From the NCBI GenBank assembly GCA_016212585.1, contig JACRFU010000075.1, positions 1 to 37,444 on the forward strand: a stretch of 37,444 nt of DNA, read 5' to 3'. A model generated the notes under the pieces. That model saw nothing but the letters and a program-made list of their open reading frames with translations. It was not told where the DNA came from and made no database searches. Position numbers and translations under genes: made by a program. Each line of letters opens with the position of its first letter. Positions within the stretch are counted from its first letter, which is position 1. This document shows positions 30,407-37,444 of this stretch, in pieces. The stretch is from Candidatus Magasanikiibacteriota bacterium. Lineage in GTDB: Bacteria; Patescibacteriota; Patescibacteriia; Magasanikbacterales; UBA10146.

Positions 30407-30567
30407 GGGTCTGTCGCCAAATGCGCTTTTGCAGTGAAATGCGCAGATTTCGAGACAAAATTGTTGAATAAATTTTGAGGTTTAATTGCAAATTAAGCTG
30501 AAAAATTTTGAAATAATTTTGTCCGAAAGATGCGCATTGCAACCAAAATGGCATTCGGCGACAGACC
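30407..30567. repeat. Long-hairpin intergenic repeat (LHR), subfamily A, copy A2 (complete)
   Basis: The termini GGGTCTGTCGCCAAATGC and GCATTCGGCGACAGACC are complementary (one A-C). The inner arms AATGCGCAGATTTCGAGACAAAATT / AATTTTGTCCGAAAGATGCGCATT are complementary. The invariant core is at 30461-30513. It fills the gap between the SBP gene stop (30571) and the pilin paralog 10 start (30391). Confidence 0.9.
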
Positions 30568-30570
30568 ATT

Positions 30571-31965
30571 TTAAGGCCCAATTGTTTGCCCTACGCGCGC
30601 GGCAGCCTGCTGGAGCGCTTTTTTATATGCGTCCGGGTCGTTCAATGCCGCTTCGCTGGTTACTCCATCTATCATCTGCAAAAACGCTGTGTCCGCGGCG
30701 GCCGCGTCTCGCCCCTTATACCAACTCTTGGCGGTCAACGCGCTCTCTGCAAACGGGCCAATGACCGCGTCGTCTTTTTGCCCAGCCACCAGCGCGCGCA
30801 ACGCGGACGGCTTTTTTGTTTTGTTCAAGTAACTTTGCACCTGTTTTTCTTGCGCGGCAAATTGTATAAAATCCCACGCCTCATTTTGATGCGCGCTTTT
30901 CTTTGCAACGGTCTCAACCCAATAACTTGCAAAATTCACCGGAACATCAGGATTCAACTGTGGCAAAGGCGTTACTGAATAATTCAATTTTGGCGCGCGC
31001 GCCTCAACCTGCGGGATATTATATGAATAGCCAAAATAAAATCCTGCTACACCGCGCGTAAACGCGTCCAGAGAATTAGGCATGGTTTTATTCCATGTAT
31101 AGCCTTTCTTTGTTGTGTTTGCAAAATCGGTGTAAAAACGCAATGCCTGCTCGCCCGGGCCAACCTCTTGAGTGTAGCCTTGAGGAATCGCTTGAAATTC
31201 CGGTGTGCCGTCGTCAAGTGCCATTGTGGCGCCGCCCTGCATCATTAAAACAGACAAAATATCCGCCGCACGCGCCACATTGGCACTCCCGCCTATTGCC
31301 GATCCCGCTTGCACCACCTTATTATCCGTATTGACTTTAGCCATTGAAATAACATTATCCAAAAATTGATCCCATGTTTTGGGCGGCGTGCCAATGCCGG
31401 CTTTGTCCAGCATATCTTTGTTGTAAAAAAGCGCGAGCGTATCCACCGCAAATGGCAATCCCCAAATTTTTTCTTCACTTGTTGCGGCGTCTCTGCGCAC
31501 CACATCCCCTGCCACAACGCCAACAAAATTATCTTTTATTTGTTTAATTGTTGGAGACGGAATCGTTTTGGTGGTTACCACCAACTGTTTGCTGATGGTC
31601 CCCTCTATGCTCTGGAAAGTTGATTTAACAGAAGCGGGCATAGGCGCGATTTTGCTCTGATACTTGCCAACCCATGTATTTTGAATTGAAAATAAATCTG
31701 GTCCGCGGTCTTCCGCGAGCGCGTTGATGAGTTCTTTTTCAAATTCGTCCGGCAAAAGTTTTCTGTAGGTAATTTTTATATGCGGGTGCAGTTGTTGATA
31801 CGCGCCAATAATTTCCGCCATGCTGTCTGAATCGTCAAACACGCGCCAATAGTTAAGCTCCACCGGCTTAATAGCGTCTTGTTGTGCTTGCGACAAACCT
31901 TTACACCCCAACCCTGAAGTGAGTAAAAAAACCGTGAGAAAAGAAAAAATAAATATACGCCGCAT
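30571..31965 (-). CDS. ABC-transporter extracellular solute-binding protein, family 1 (sugar-type), probable lipoprotein
   Basis: I prefer the ATG at 31965 (MRRIFIFSFLTVFLLTSGLGCKG, lipobox-like), 1 nt after the galU stop. Family pattern: NYWRVFDD, DLFSIQNTWVGKY, WGLPFAVDTLALFYNKDMLDKAGI..PPKTWDQF. No permease or ATPase genes occur in the window. Confidence 0.8.
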   Translation of the reverse strand: MRRIFIFSFLTVFLLTSGLGCKGLSQAQQDAIKPVELNYWRVFDDSDSMAEIIGAYQQLHPHIKITYRKLLPDEFEKELINALAEDRGPDLFSIQNTWVGKYQSKIAPMPASVKSTFQSIEGTISKQLVVTTKTIPSPTIKQIKDNFVGVVAGDVVRRDAATSEEKIWGLPFAVDTLALFYNKDMLDKAGIGTPPKTWDQFLDNVISMAKVNTDNKVVQAGSAIGGSANVARAADILSVLMMQGGATMALDDGTPEFQAIPQGYTQEVGPGEQALRFYTDFANTTKKGYTWNKTMPNSLDAFTRGVAGFYFGYSYNIPQVEARAPKLNYSVTPLPQLNPDVPVNFASYWVETVAKKSAHQNEAWDFIQFAAQEKQVQSYLNKTKKPSALRALVAGQKDDAVIGPFAESALTAKSWYKGRDAAAADTAFLQMIDGVTSEAALNDPDAYKKALQQAAARVGQTIGP

Positions 31966-31966
31966 A

Positions 31967-32860
31967 TTATATTTTAAGTGAGCGTAGATAATCTTTGATG
32001 CCTTTTGATAAATCCGGATGGCGGAGCGCAAAATCAACCTGCGCTTTGATGTACTCCAATTTATTGCCGGTATCATAATATCGTCCATTTTGTATCTCCG
32101 CCGCGTACATTGGATAGCCGGATTTCATGAGTTGCGTAATCGCATCTACAAGCCAGATCTCTCCGCCCCTGCCCGGCGCGAGCTCTTGCAAATAAGGAAA
32201 AATCTTGCCGGGCAAAATATACGCGCCATGAGCCGCTAGATTTGATGGTGCGTCTTTGGGGTCTGGTTTCTCCATAATTGATTTGATGCAAAACACGCTC
32301 TGTTCTCCTTTTATTTTTTCCACATCCGCAATACCGTAACGCGCGACATCTTCACGATTTTTGATCCGCACCGCTGAAATAACTCCTCCGCCATATTTTT
32401 CATAGACTTTCATCATCTGCGAAAGGCGCCCTGGTTCCGCGTAAATAAGTTCGTCGCCCCAGAGCACTACAAAATCTTCACTCTTGTCTATAAGATGCCG
32501 CGCGCAATACACCGGCGTGCCGTTGCCATAAGGGCCTTTTTGGCGCACATACACAAAATTTGCCATTTCTGCGATGCGCTGGACTTCTCGCAACTGTTTT
32601 ATCTTGTCGTCTGCTTTAAGCCGCGCCTCCAGCTCAAACGAATGATCAAAATGATCTTCTATAGAGCGCTTATTGTAGCCCGTTATGATAATTATGTCCG
32701 TAATCCCGGCCTCCACCGCCTCTTCCACCACATACTGAATAATTGGCTTATCTATAAGAGGAAGCATTTCTTTCGGCATTGCTTTGGTGGCAGGCAAAAA
32801 GCGCGTGCCCAAACCCGCCGCGGGTATAATTGCTTTGGTTATTTTTCTTTTTTCCGCCAT
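31967..32860 (-). CDS. galU: UTP-glucose-1-phosphate uridylyltransferase
   Basis: I prefer the ATG at 32860 (MAEKRKITKAIIPAAGLGTRFLPATKAMPKEMLPLIDKPIIQYVVEEA). Later motifs include VLWGDEL and the EKP region (MEKPDPKDAPSNLAAHGAYIL). The track's 40-aa N-terminal extension is a translation of repeat B2. Confidence 0.9.
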   Translation of the reverse strand: MAEKRKITKAIIPAAGLGTRFLPATKAMPKEMLPLIDKPIIQYVVEEAVEAGITDIIIITGYNKRSIEDHFDHSFELEARLKADDKIKQLREVQRIAEMANFVYVRQKGPYGNGTPVYCARHLIDKSEDFVVLWGDELIYAEPGRLSQMMKVYEKYGGGVISAVRIKNREDVARYGIADVEKIKGEQSVFCIKSIMEKPDPKDAPSNLAAHGAYILPGKIFPYLQELAPGRGGEIWLVDAITQLMKSGYPMYAAEIQNGRYYDTGNKLEYIKAQVDFALRHPDLSKGIKDYLRSLKI

Positions 32861-33018
32861 AAGACTTGTCCCTAAATACGATTTCGTTACGAAATTGCCA
32901 AATTTTGAGGCAAAATTGTTGAATAAATTTTGAGGTTTAACAGTGATTAAGCTGAAAAATTTTGAAATGATTTTGACCAAAATTTGGCAATTGCAGTAGA
33001 AATGGTATTTTGGGACAA
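32858..33018. repeat. Long-hairpin intergenic repeat (LHR), subfamily B, copy B2
   Basis: The left end CATAAGACTTGTCCCTAAATAC... is shared with B1 and includes the complement of the galU ATG. The right end is ...GTATTTTGGGACAA. Arms AATTGCCAAATTT / AAATTTGGCAATT. Invariant core with loop CAGTGA. Confidence 0.85.
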
Positions 33019-33040
33019 ATCTTTAGATTGTATTGTGGAT

Positions 33041-33049
33041 AGTATAGCA
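33041..33049 (-). promoter_or_regulatory. Candidate extended -10 promoter (TGCTATACT) reading into repeat B2 and galU
   Basis: The minus strand reads GTGCTATACT, which is TG-n-TATACT. There is no convincing -35. If active, repeat B2 would be transcribed as the galU 5' leader. Confidence 0.3.
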
Positions 33050-33109
33050 CAACTTGAGGCACGAACGCCACTCACATGCTCACGTGTATTGCCCCAAAAC
33101 ATAAAAAAA

Positions 33110-34327
33110 TTAAAGCAAAGGGATAAACAAACTAGCATCCTGATCTTCCGTGGTTGCGTAAAAATATATGCAAAAAACTGAAAAATCTTTATAGTTCTCT
33201 TTAAAAACGCGAGAAATACGACACTTGTTTTGGTTCAATTTTACTTCCATGGCCACGTGGTTTCCCTCCCCGATATCTAAAATAAAATCCACTTCATTTT
33301 GATTTTTATCACGCCAATATTGGGGCAAAAAATTATTTTTAACAAATTGCGTATAACATCCGTTTTTAAGCAAAAAACCCTTATCTTGGTCATCGCGCTT
33401 ATGTAAAGTTTGAAAGTTATTCACCATATGATTTCTCAAACCTGTGTCAAAAAAATACACTTTTTGATTTTTTACAATCTCTTTTCTTTTATTTTTATAA
33501 AAAGGGCGCGAAAAGCCTGTTATATATGTTTTATTAAGAAAATTAAGATATTTTTTCAATGTATGATATGAAAATTCGGAAATCTCAGTCAATTCTTTAT
33601 ACTCAATCATATTGCCGATTTGCAAAGCAAGTGCCCTAATTAATTTGCCCAATTTGTAATCATCTACCAATCCCAAAATATCTTTTACATCTCTTAAAAA
33701 ATAGGTATTGTAAATATTTTTCAAGACCGCTCTTTTTTCTTCCTCGGTTTTTGATAACACGACAGCGGGGTACCCTCCCCAGATAAGATACTCCTCAAAA
33801 TATTTGTTCAAAGTTTCACGTTGTTTTTTTGTTATCAAAGGAACACTAATGCGTTTTAAATCAATTTTATTTTTTTCATAAAACGTGTAATACGCGCGAT
33901 CGCGGGAGAGAAGATATTCACCAAAATCAAAGGGAAATATTTCCAAGACAAACACCCTACCCACCAAATACTTTGCCGCCTTAAGAGTGAGATCCAGAGC
34001 AGATGACCCTGAAATGATTATCTTCGTATGATGCGTATCATACACATACTTCAAAAGTTTGCCTCCGTTTTTCGCGTATTGAAATTCATCAATAAAAACA
34101 TAGTCCTTGCCCGCAATATAGGTACTGATAAATGCTTTTATATTATTTTCAAAAAGGTTGAGAACTTCTTGATCTTCAAATGTCAAAAAAACGTCATTTT
34201 TTAGATCGCCAAAAATTCTTTTAATAGTGGTTGTTTTCCCGCATTGACGCGGTCCAATAAGCGCAATTATCTCCGGTCTTTTTAGATACTTGAGAATTTC
34301 ATCCTCAATTTTTCGCTTAATATACAT
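33110..34327 (-). CDS. AAA+ ATPase of the AAA_14/DUF4143 type
   Basis: 405 aa. Walker A is IGPRQCGKTT and Walker B-like is YVFIDEFQY. The C-terminal region is typical of DUF4143-containing ATP-binding proteins (…YFFDTGLRN…EVDFIL…). Confidence 0.8.
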   Translation of the reverse strand: MYIKRKIEDEILKYLKRPEIIALIGPRQCGKTTTIKRIFGDLKNDVFLTFEDQEVLNLFENNIKAFISTYIAGKDYVFIDEFQYAKNGGKLLKYVYDTHHTKIIISGSSALDLTLKAAKYLVGRVFVLEIFPFDFGEYLLSRDRAYYTFYEKNKIDLKRISVPLITKKQRETLNKYFEEYLIWGGYPAVVLSKTEEEKRAVLKNIYNTYFLRDVKDILGLVDDYKLGKLIRALALQIGNMIEYKELTEISEFSYHTLKKYLNFLNKTYITGFSRPFYKNKRKEIVKNQKVYFFDTGLRNHMVNNFQTLHKRDDQDKGFLLKNGCYTQFVKNNFLPQYWRDKNQNEVDFILDIGEGNHVAMEVKLNQNKCRISRVFKENYKDFSVFCIYFYATTEDQDASLFIPLL

Positions 34328-34366
34328 ACAAAATCAAAGGTTACTCTAAAATTTAACTATACATCA

Positions 34367-34395
34367 ATTATAGCGTAAATCAATTTTACCTACAA
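34367..34395 (-). promoter_or_regulatory. Candidate sigma70-type promoter for the AAA ATPase gene
   Basis: The minus strand reads TTGTAG (34395-34390), 17-nt spacer, TATAAT (34372-34367). The ATG is 40 nt downstream. Confidence 0.4.
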
Positions 34396-34417
34396 GACCC
34401 CTCCCCGTTAGACCCTA

Positions 34418-35842
34418 TCACGAGGGAAAGTCGCTTGGTTTGGCTCCGGTATTAAAGGGGCACTGCGCGTCGTTCTTGGGACTGGTCAAATTTTCAACTC
34501 CCATACTGCGCATTGTCTGTACGGTCTTGACCCCGTTGCCGTAGCTTGCGGCATGAAAAATCTCCGGATGAGCTTCCCACGCTTTTGTATCGCACCCATA
34601 ATTTTTAATCGCCTTGCGCAAAGCCCCGGGACCGCTTCCGTTATTAAACAACAACATGTGGAGCTTGTCATTGGCTCCCGCGCTCCCGCACATGCCGTTG
34701 ATGGTATTCAACGCCATTTTAAAATGCCCTTGTGTCACAATCGCGGTACTGACCGCTGGATTAGTGAGCCCGGGATTTACACAATATTCATCCCATCCAA
34801 CTTTCTTCAACACTTTATCACAATAGCCTTTCAACACCTGAAAAAGTCCTGTGGCTGATCCTTTTGTATTTTTTGCCGCTGGGTTCAACCGCGACTCATG
34901 AAACGCGAGTACCTTGTACACGCGCCAATCCATGCCGATGCACCCGGCAAATTTCTGAAACAAAGCATCGTAGGTGGTATTACTTAATGCTTTGGGAGTA
35001 CCTGTAGGCTCCCCACGATCGGGGAACTCCGCGTCTTCAAGCGAGACATTTTCAACAACAGGAATACGCAATGACTGAAACCTCACCAAATCCGGATTGA
35101 TGATATACAAGACTAAATACGAACCAATCACCAAGACCAATCCAACCAAAGCCCCCTTAATGCGCTCAAGAGCGCTGGATCTTTGTGCTGAATTGCCGCC
35201 AGATATAATCCACTGAAATCCGCCGACCATAATCATCACCGCGGAAATGACTCCCGCAATGGAAATTAAAAAACGATACAGCGCCGCCAGATATTCTGCC
35301 AGATACGAAACATATACAACGCCGCCGCCTGCCTCCTCTTGCTGTGGTTGGGGTGAGGAGAAACCTTTGAATCCAGGAATGTTGATTGCCAGTGAAGGGG
35401 CTACAGGTTTCCATTCAATTTTTTTTGTGATACCGCCCTCACCATCCGGTTTAGAGCCTTCGGGGGTTTTCCACACACACTGCTCCGTTGAAAAATTATT
35501 TTTAATAAGATAATTGGAAAACGCGGAACAATCATCTTGAGAAGGAGTAAGCCGATTAGTATCTAAACCAAGACCACTTTGCAATTTGCAGGTGCACGGG
35601 CTCCATGTGTCAGATTTATTTATTTCAACGCACGAACTAAAAATTTTTTCCGTATTTCCTTTGAGATTTGTCAACTGCGCGCCGGGTAATTCACTATTGC
35701 AACCAAGAGATGCTACTTTGACATTTACGCTTATACCATCTGAAAGTGTGCATTGGCAGTAGCCAAAATCAGCCTGCACGGAAAGTGGCAAAAAAGTTAT
35801 AAGTATAAAAAATGGCAAAACAAATTTGAAACCGTGTAGCAT
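34418..35842 (-). CDS. Three-part secreted/membrane protein: N-terminal Cys-rich domain + TrbC/VirB2-like pilin domain + C-terminal SLT-family lytic transglycosylase
   Basis: 474 aa. Signal (FVLPFFILITFLPLSVQA). The Cys-rich ~110 aa include YCQCT...LGCNS...SSCVE...SPCTCK...DDCSAF...EQCVW. Pilin-like core: IAGVISAVMIMVGGFQWIISGGNSAQRSSALERIKGALVGLVLVIGSY. SLT motifs: VLAFHESRLNPAA (catalytic Glu-Ser), SATGLFQV, LLFNNGSGPG. Confidence 0.8.
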   Translation of the reverse strand: MLHGFKFVLPFFILITFLPLSVQADFGYCQCTLSDGISVNVKVASLGCNSELPGAQLTNLKGNTEKIFSSCVEINKSDTWSPCTCKLQSGLGLDTNRLTPSQDDCSAFSNYLIKNNFSTEQCVWKTPEGSKPDGEGGITKKIEWKPVAPSLAINIPGFKGFSSPQPQQEEAGGGVVYVSYLAEYLAALYRFLISIAGVISAVMIMVGGFQWIISGGNSAQRSSALERIKGALVGLVLVIGSYLVLYIINPDLVRFQSLRIPVVENVSLEDAEFPDRGEPTGTPKALSNTTYDALFQKFAGCIGMDWRVYKVLAFHESRLNPAAKNTKGSATGLFQVLKGYCDKVLKKVGWDEYCVNPGLTNPAVSTAIVTQGHFKMALNTINGMCGSAGANDKLHMLLFNNGSGPGALRKAIKNYGCDTKAWEAHPEIFHAASYGNGVKTVQTMRSMGVENLTSPKNDAQCPFNTGAKPSDFPS

Positions 35843-35853
35843 AACTATTTTGC

Positions 35854-37296
35854 TTATGGATTCTTGATTTCATCCCAAGAAATCACCTTGTACTCGGTTC
35901 CAACAGGAAACGCCGGCGGCGGACCGTAAGTGAGGTTGGCGTCATAGGTGGCGTTGGTATTTTTGTAGCCGGAAATCGTCGCGCCGCCGCCAGAAACCCA
36001 ACTCCATGTCCACACGCCATTGCTGATGACGCTTCCATACACCGTAAGGCTCGTCAAGATATTGCCCATATAATAAAACCTTTGCGCGCTGCCGTTTTGG
36101 GCGATGAGTGCCGCGTCTATCTCCATTGAAGCAGGTGAATAACGGGGCAACAAGACATCTTTTTGCGCCATCAAACCAAGAGCATCACTCCCGTCTTTTG
36201 TTGAATATACAATTGATTGCGGAATAATAATTGAAGTATAGGTGTTTTGATTCACCGGAAAACGACCGGAACCAATGGTCGCGCGGCCTTTGATGACGCC
36301 ATTGACCCATACTTGATCCTCAAAAAACATAAACCCATTGGAGGGAATGGCATAATTCCCTTGCGAGACCTCTGTTTTGATATCATACGATTCATAATGT
36401 TTCTTGCCATTGATATCCATACCCCACCCGGGCGAAGGCAGTGCGTTGAGCGCGGTTACTTTATACAAATTAAAAGTGCTGTTTTCTTGAAACACCACAT
36501 GATACCCGTATTTCCCTGAAGCGGATCGATAAAATCCGCCATTTTGCGCTCCTGTTTTTATTTTCGCAAGATCAATGGTAATGCCATTAAAATCAAACGC
36601 GGGAACCGGATACTTCCAGAAACTCTTAGGGCCTCCTGCACCCCACACACCGGGTTTGGTGGTGTTATTGCACCCAGACCCATGCATTGGCTGGCATTGA
36701 TAGGTTGATTTGGCGCTCGTAATAGGCGCGTCCGCCTGGCCGTCAAACCGTATGCCGCCGTTCGCGTGCAATTTACCGTGCACTACCTCGGTATTGCCAA
36801 TCCACACATCGCTATTGGTTAAAAAACTATAATCACTCAAAGACGGAAACCCAATACGCACTTTGAGCGTGCGTTTGTTTTTTTGGTTTGCAAGCGTGTA
36901 GCCGGTAGATTTGATGGTGATAACACTTCCCCCATTGGGCGGCGCGGTAATATCTAAACTAAATTTCCCTACGGCAGTGCCATTTTTATCTTTGTAATCA
37001 TGCACATATGGACCCGGCGCGCCGGTGCCGTCTTGCAAATCTGCCGAATCATGCGCCAAATGCCAGCGATAATAATTGATTCCGGCCTCCGCAATCTGAA
37101 ACGCGAGCTCGCTCTGATTCTTGGCACGCGCCGCCCTGTTTTCCATTACGGCAAAATTGGTCATGCCTATAACGAGCGTGGTGATTGCCATTGACCCAAA
37201 CACCAATACAATGAGCAAAATGTTGCCGCGCCGATGATGACGCAAATGCCTCAAAAAACTGTTTCGTAATTCACAAATTATGGAAAAAACGCGCAT
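35854..37296 (-). CDS. PilX-like type IV (pseudo)pilin-type minor pilin with a large beta-rich C-terminal domain
   Basis: 480 aa. The N-terminal segment RRGNILLIVLVFGSMAITTLVIGMTNFAVMENRAARAKNQSELAFQIAEAGINYY matches the PilX_N pattern: a hydrophobic helix followed by E.R.....Q....A...AEAG. The remainder is Gly/Asn/Thr-rich with no recognised domain. Confidence 0.6.
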   Translation of the reverse strand: MRVFSIICELRNSFLRHLRHHRRGNILLIVLVFGSMAITTLVIGMTNFAVMENRAARAKNQSELAFQIAEAGINYYRWHLAHDSADLQDGTGAPGPYVHDYKDKNGTAVGKFSLDITAPPNGGSVITIKSTGYTLANQKNKRTLKVRIGFPSLSDYSFLTNSDVWIGNTEVVHGKLHANGGIRFDGQADAPITSAKSTYQCQPMHGSGCNNTTKPGVWGAGGPKSFWKYPVPAFDFNGITIDLAKIKTGAQNGGFYRSASGKYGYHVVFQENSTFNLYKVTALNALPSPGWGMDINGKKHYESYDIKTEVSQGNYAIPSNGFMFFEDQVWVNGVIKGRATIGSGRFPVNQNTYTSIIIPQSIVYSTKDGSDALGLMAQKDVLLPRYSPASMEIDAALIAQNGSAQRFYYMGNILTSLTVYGSVISNGVWTWSWVSGGGATISGYKNTNATYDANLTYGPPPAFPVGTEYKVISWDEIKNP

Positions 37297-37303
37297 ATAT
37301 TTA

Positions 37304-37444
37304 GGGTCTGTCGCCGAATGCGCTTTTGCAGTGAAACGCGCAGATTTCGAGACAAAATTATTGAATAAATTTTGAAGTTTAACAGCAGTTAAGCTGAAAA
37401 ATTTTGAAATAATTTTGTCCGAAAGATGTGCATTGCAGTCAAAA
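37304..37444. repeat. Long-hairpin intergenic repeat (LHR), subfamily A arms with a B-type loop, copy A3. The right end is truncated by the window edge.
   Basis: GGGTCTGTCGCCGAATGCGCTTTTGCAGTGAAACGCGCAGATTTCGAGACAAAATT, then the core with two substitutions and loop CAGCAG, then AATTTTGTCCGAAAGATGTGCATTGCAGTCAAAA. It starts 7 nt upstream of the PilX-like start codon. Confidence 0.85.

Noticed and set aside
30407-30567. Hairpin repeats as simple Rho-independent terminators
   Set aside because: The stems are very long and bulged and are not followed by a T-run. Four of five copies sit just upstream of start codons, and a separate conventional terminator (21835-21869) exists right beside copy B1.
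33110-34327. The DUF4143 AAA ATPase as part of a defence system or of the pilus machinery
   Set aside because: It is a stand-alone gene with its own promoter-like sequence. It has no partner nuclease, methylase or effector genes nearby and no similarity to PilB/VirB11-type secretion ATPases.
25195-37296. Declaring the pilin region a complete type IV secretion or conjugation locus
   Set aside because: No VirB4/VirD4/VirB11 ATPases, VirB6, VirB8-10, relaxase or oriT-like features occur in the window. Only pilin-like, SLT and PilX-like components are present.
1-37444. Possibility that the repeated ~160-nt elements form a CRISPR array or are CRISPR-associated
   Set aside because: Copies are kilobases apart, ~160 nt long and individually palindromic. 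There are no short regularly spaced direct repeats and no cas genes in the window.
1-37444. Use of an alternative genetic code (UGA recoding as in some CPR lineages)
   Set aside because: All recognised genes are full-length under the standard code with intact C-terminal motifs. No gene needs an in-frame stop to be read through.

Overview
37.4-kb chromosomal segment that looks like a Candidate Phyla Radiation (Patescibacteria)-type bacterium. This is inference from tight same-strand gene packing, Gram-positive-like envelope genes (LtaS, UgtP-like MGDG synthase, GalU), arrays of small TrbC/VirB2-like pilin proteins, and the standard genetic code. Order, left to right: (1) XerC/XerD-family recombinase, tRNA-Arg(TCT), a 194-bp foldback element, tRNA-His(GTG), LtaS-family sulfatase, malic enzyme. 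(2) A ~15-kb block of minus-strand metal and thiol-handling genes that appears to form two transcription units. The first is a BlaI/BlaR1-like pair followed by Cys-motif membrane proteins, thioredoxin-fold proteins, CcdA-like and DUF2933-like proteins. The second starts at a strong promoter with a C-tract operator and encodes a CsoR/RcnR-family repressor, gpmA, a CopB-like P1B ATPase with a CPD motif, a Met-rich secreted protein, an HMA-DsbD_2-cupredoxin fusion, CopZ and CopA. (3) MGDG-synthase-like glycosyltransferase, a Q/G/M/P-rich coiled-coil secreted protein, and a GT-C membrane protein. (4) A tandem array of ten TrbC/VirB2-like pilin paralogs. (5) An orphan sugar-type solute-binding protein, GalU, a DUF4143 AAA ATPase, a pilin-domain/lytic-transglycosylase fusion and a PilX-like minor pilin. 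The ORF track does not explain two repeat families. One is a ~160-nt long-hairpin intergenic repeat with five copies in two subfamilies, an invariant apex and co-varying arms. The other is a 43-nt inverted-repeat element. The candidates I rate highest are the hairpin-repeat family, the pilin paralog array with mosaic identity blocks, and the BlaI/BlaR1-headed Cys-motif gene cluster. Hand-mapped non-ORF coordinates are accurate to about +/-2 nt. Around 26.58-26.76 kb my hand indexing disagreed with the ORF track by 1 nt, so I used the track there.
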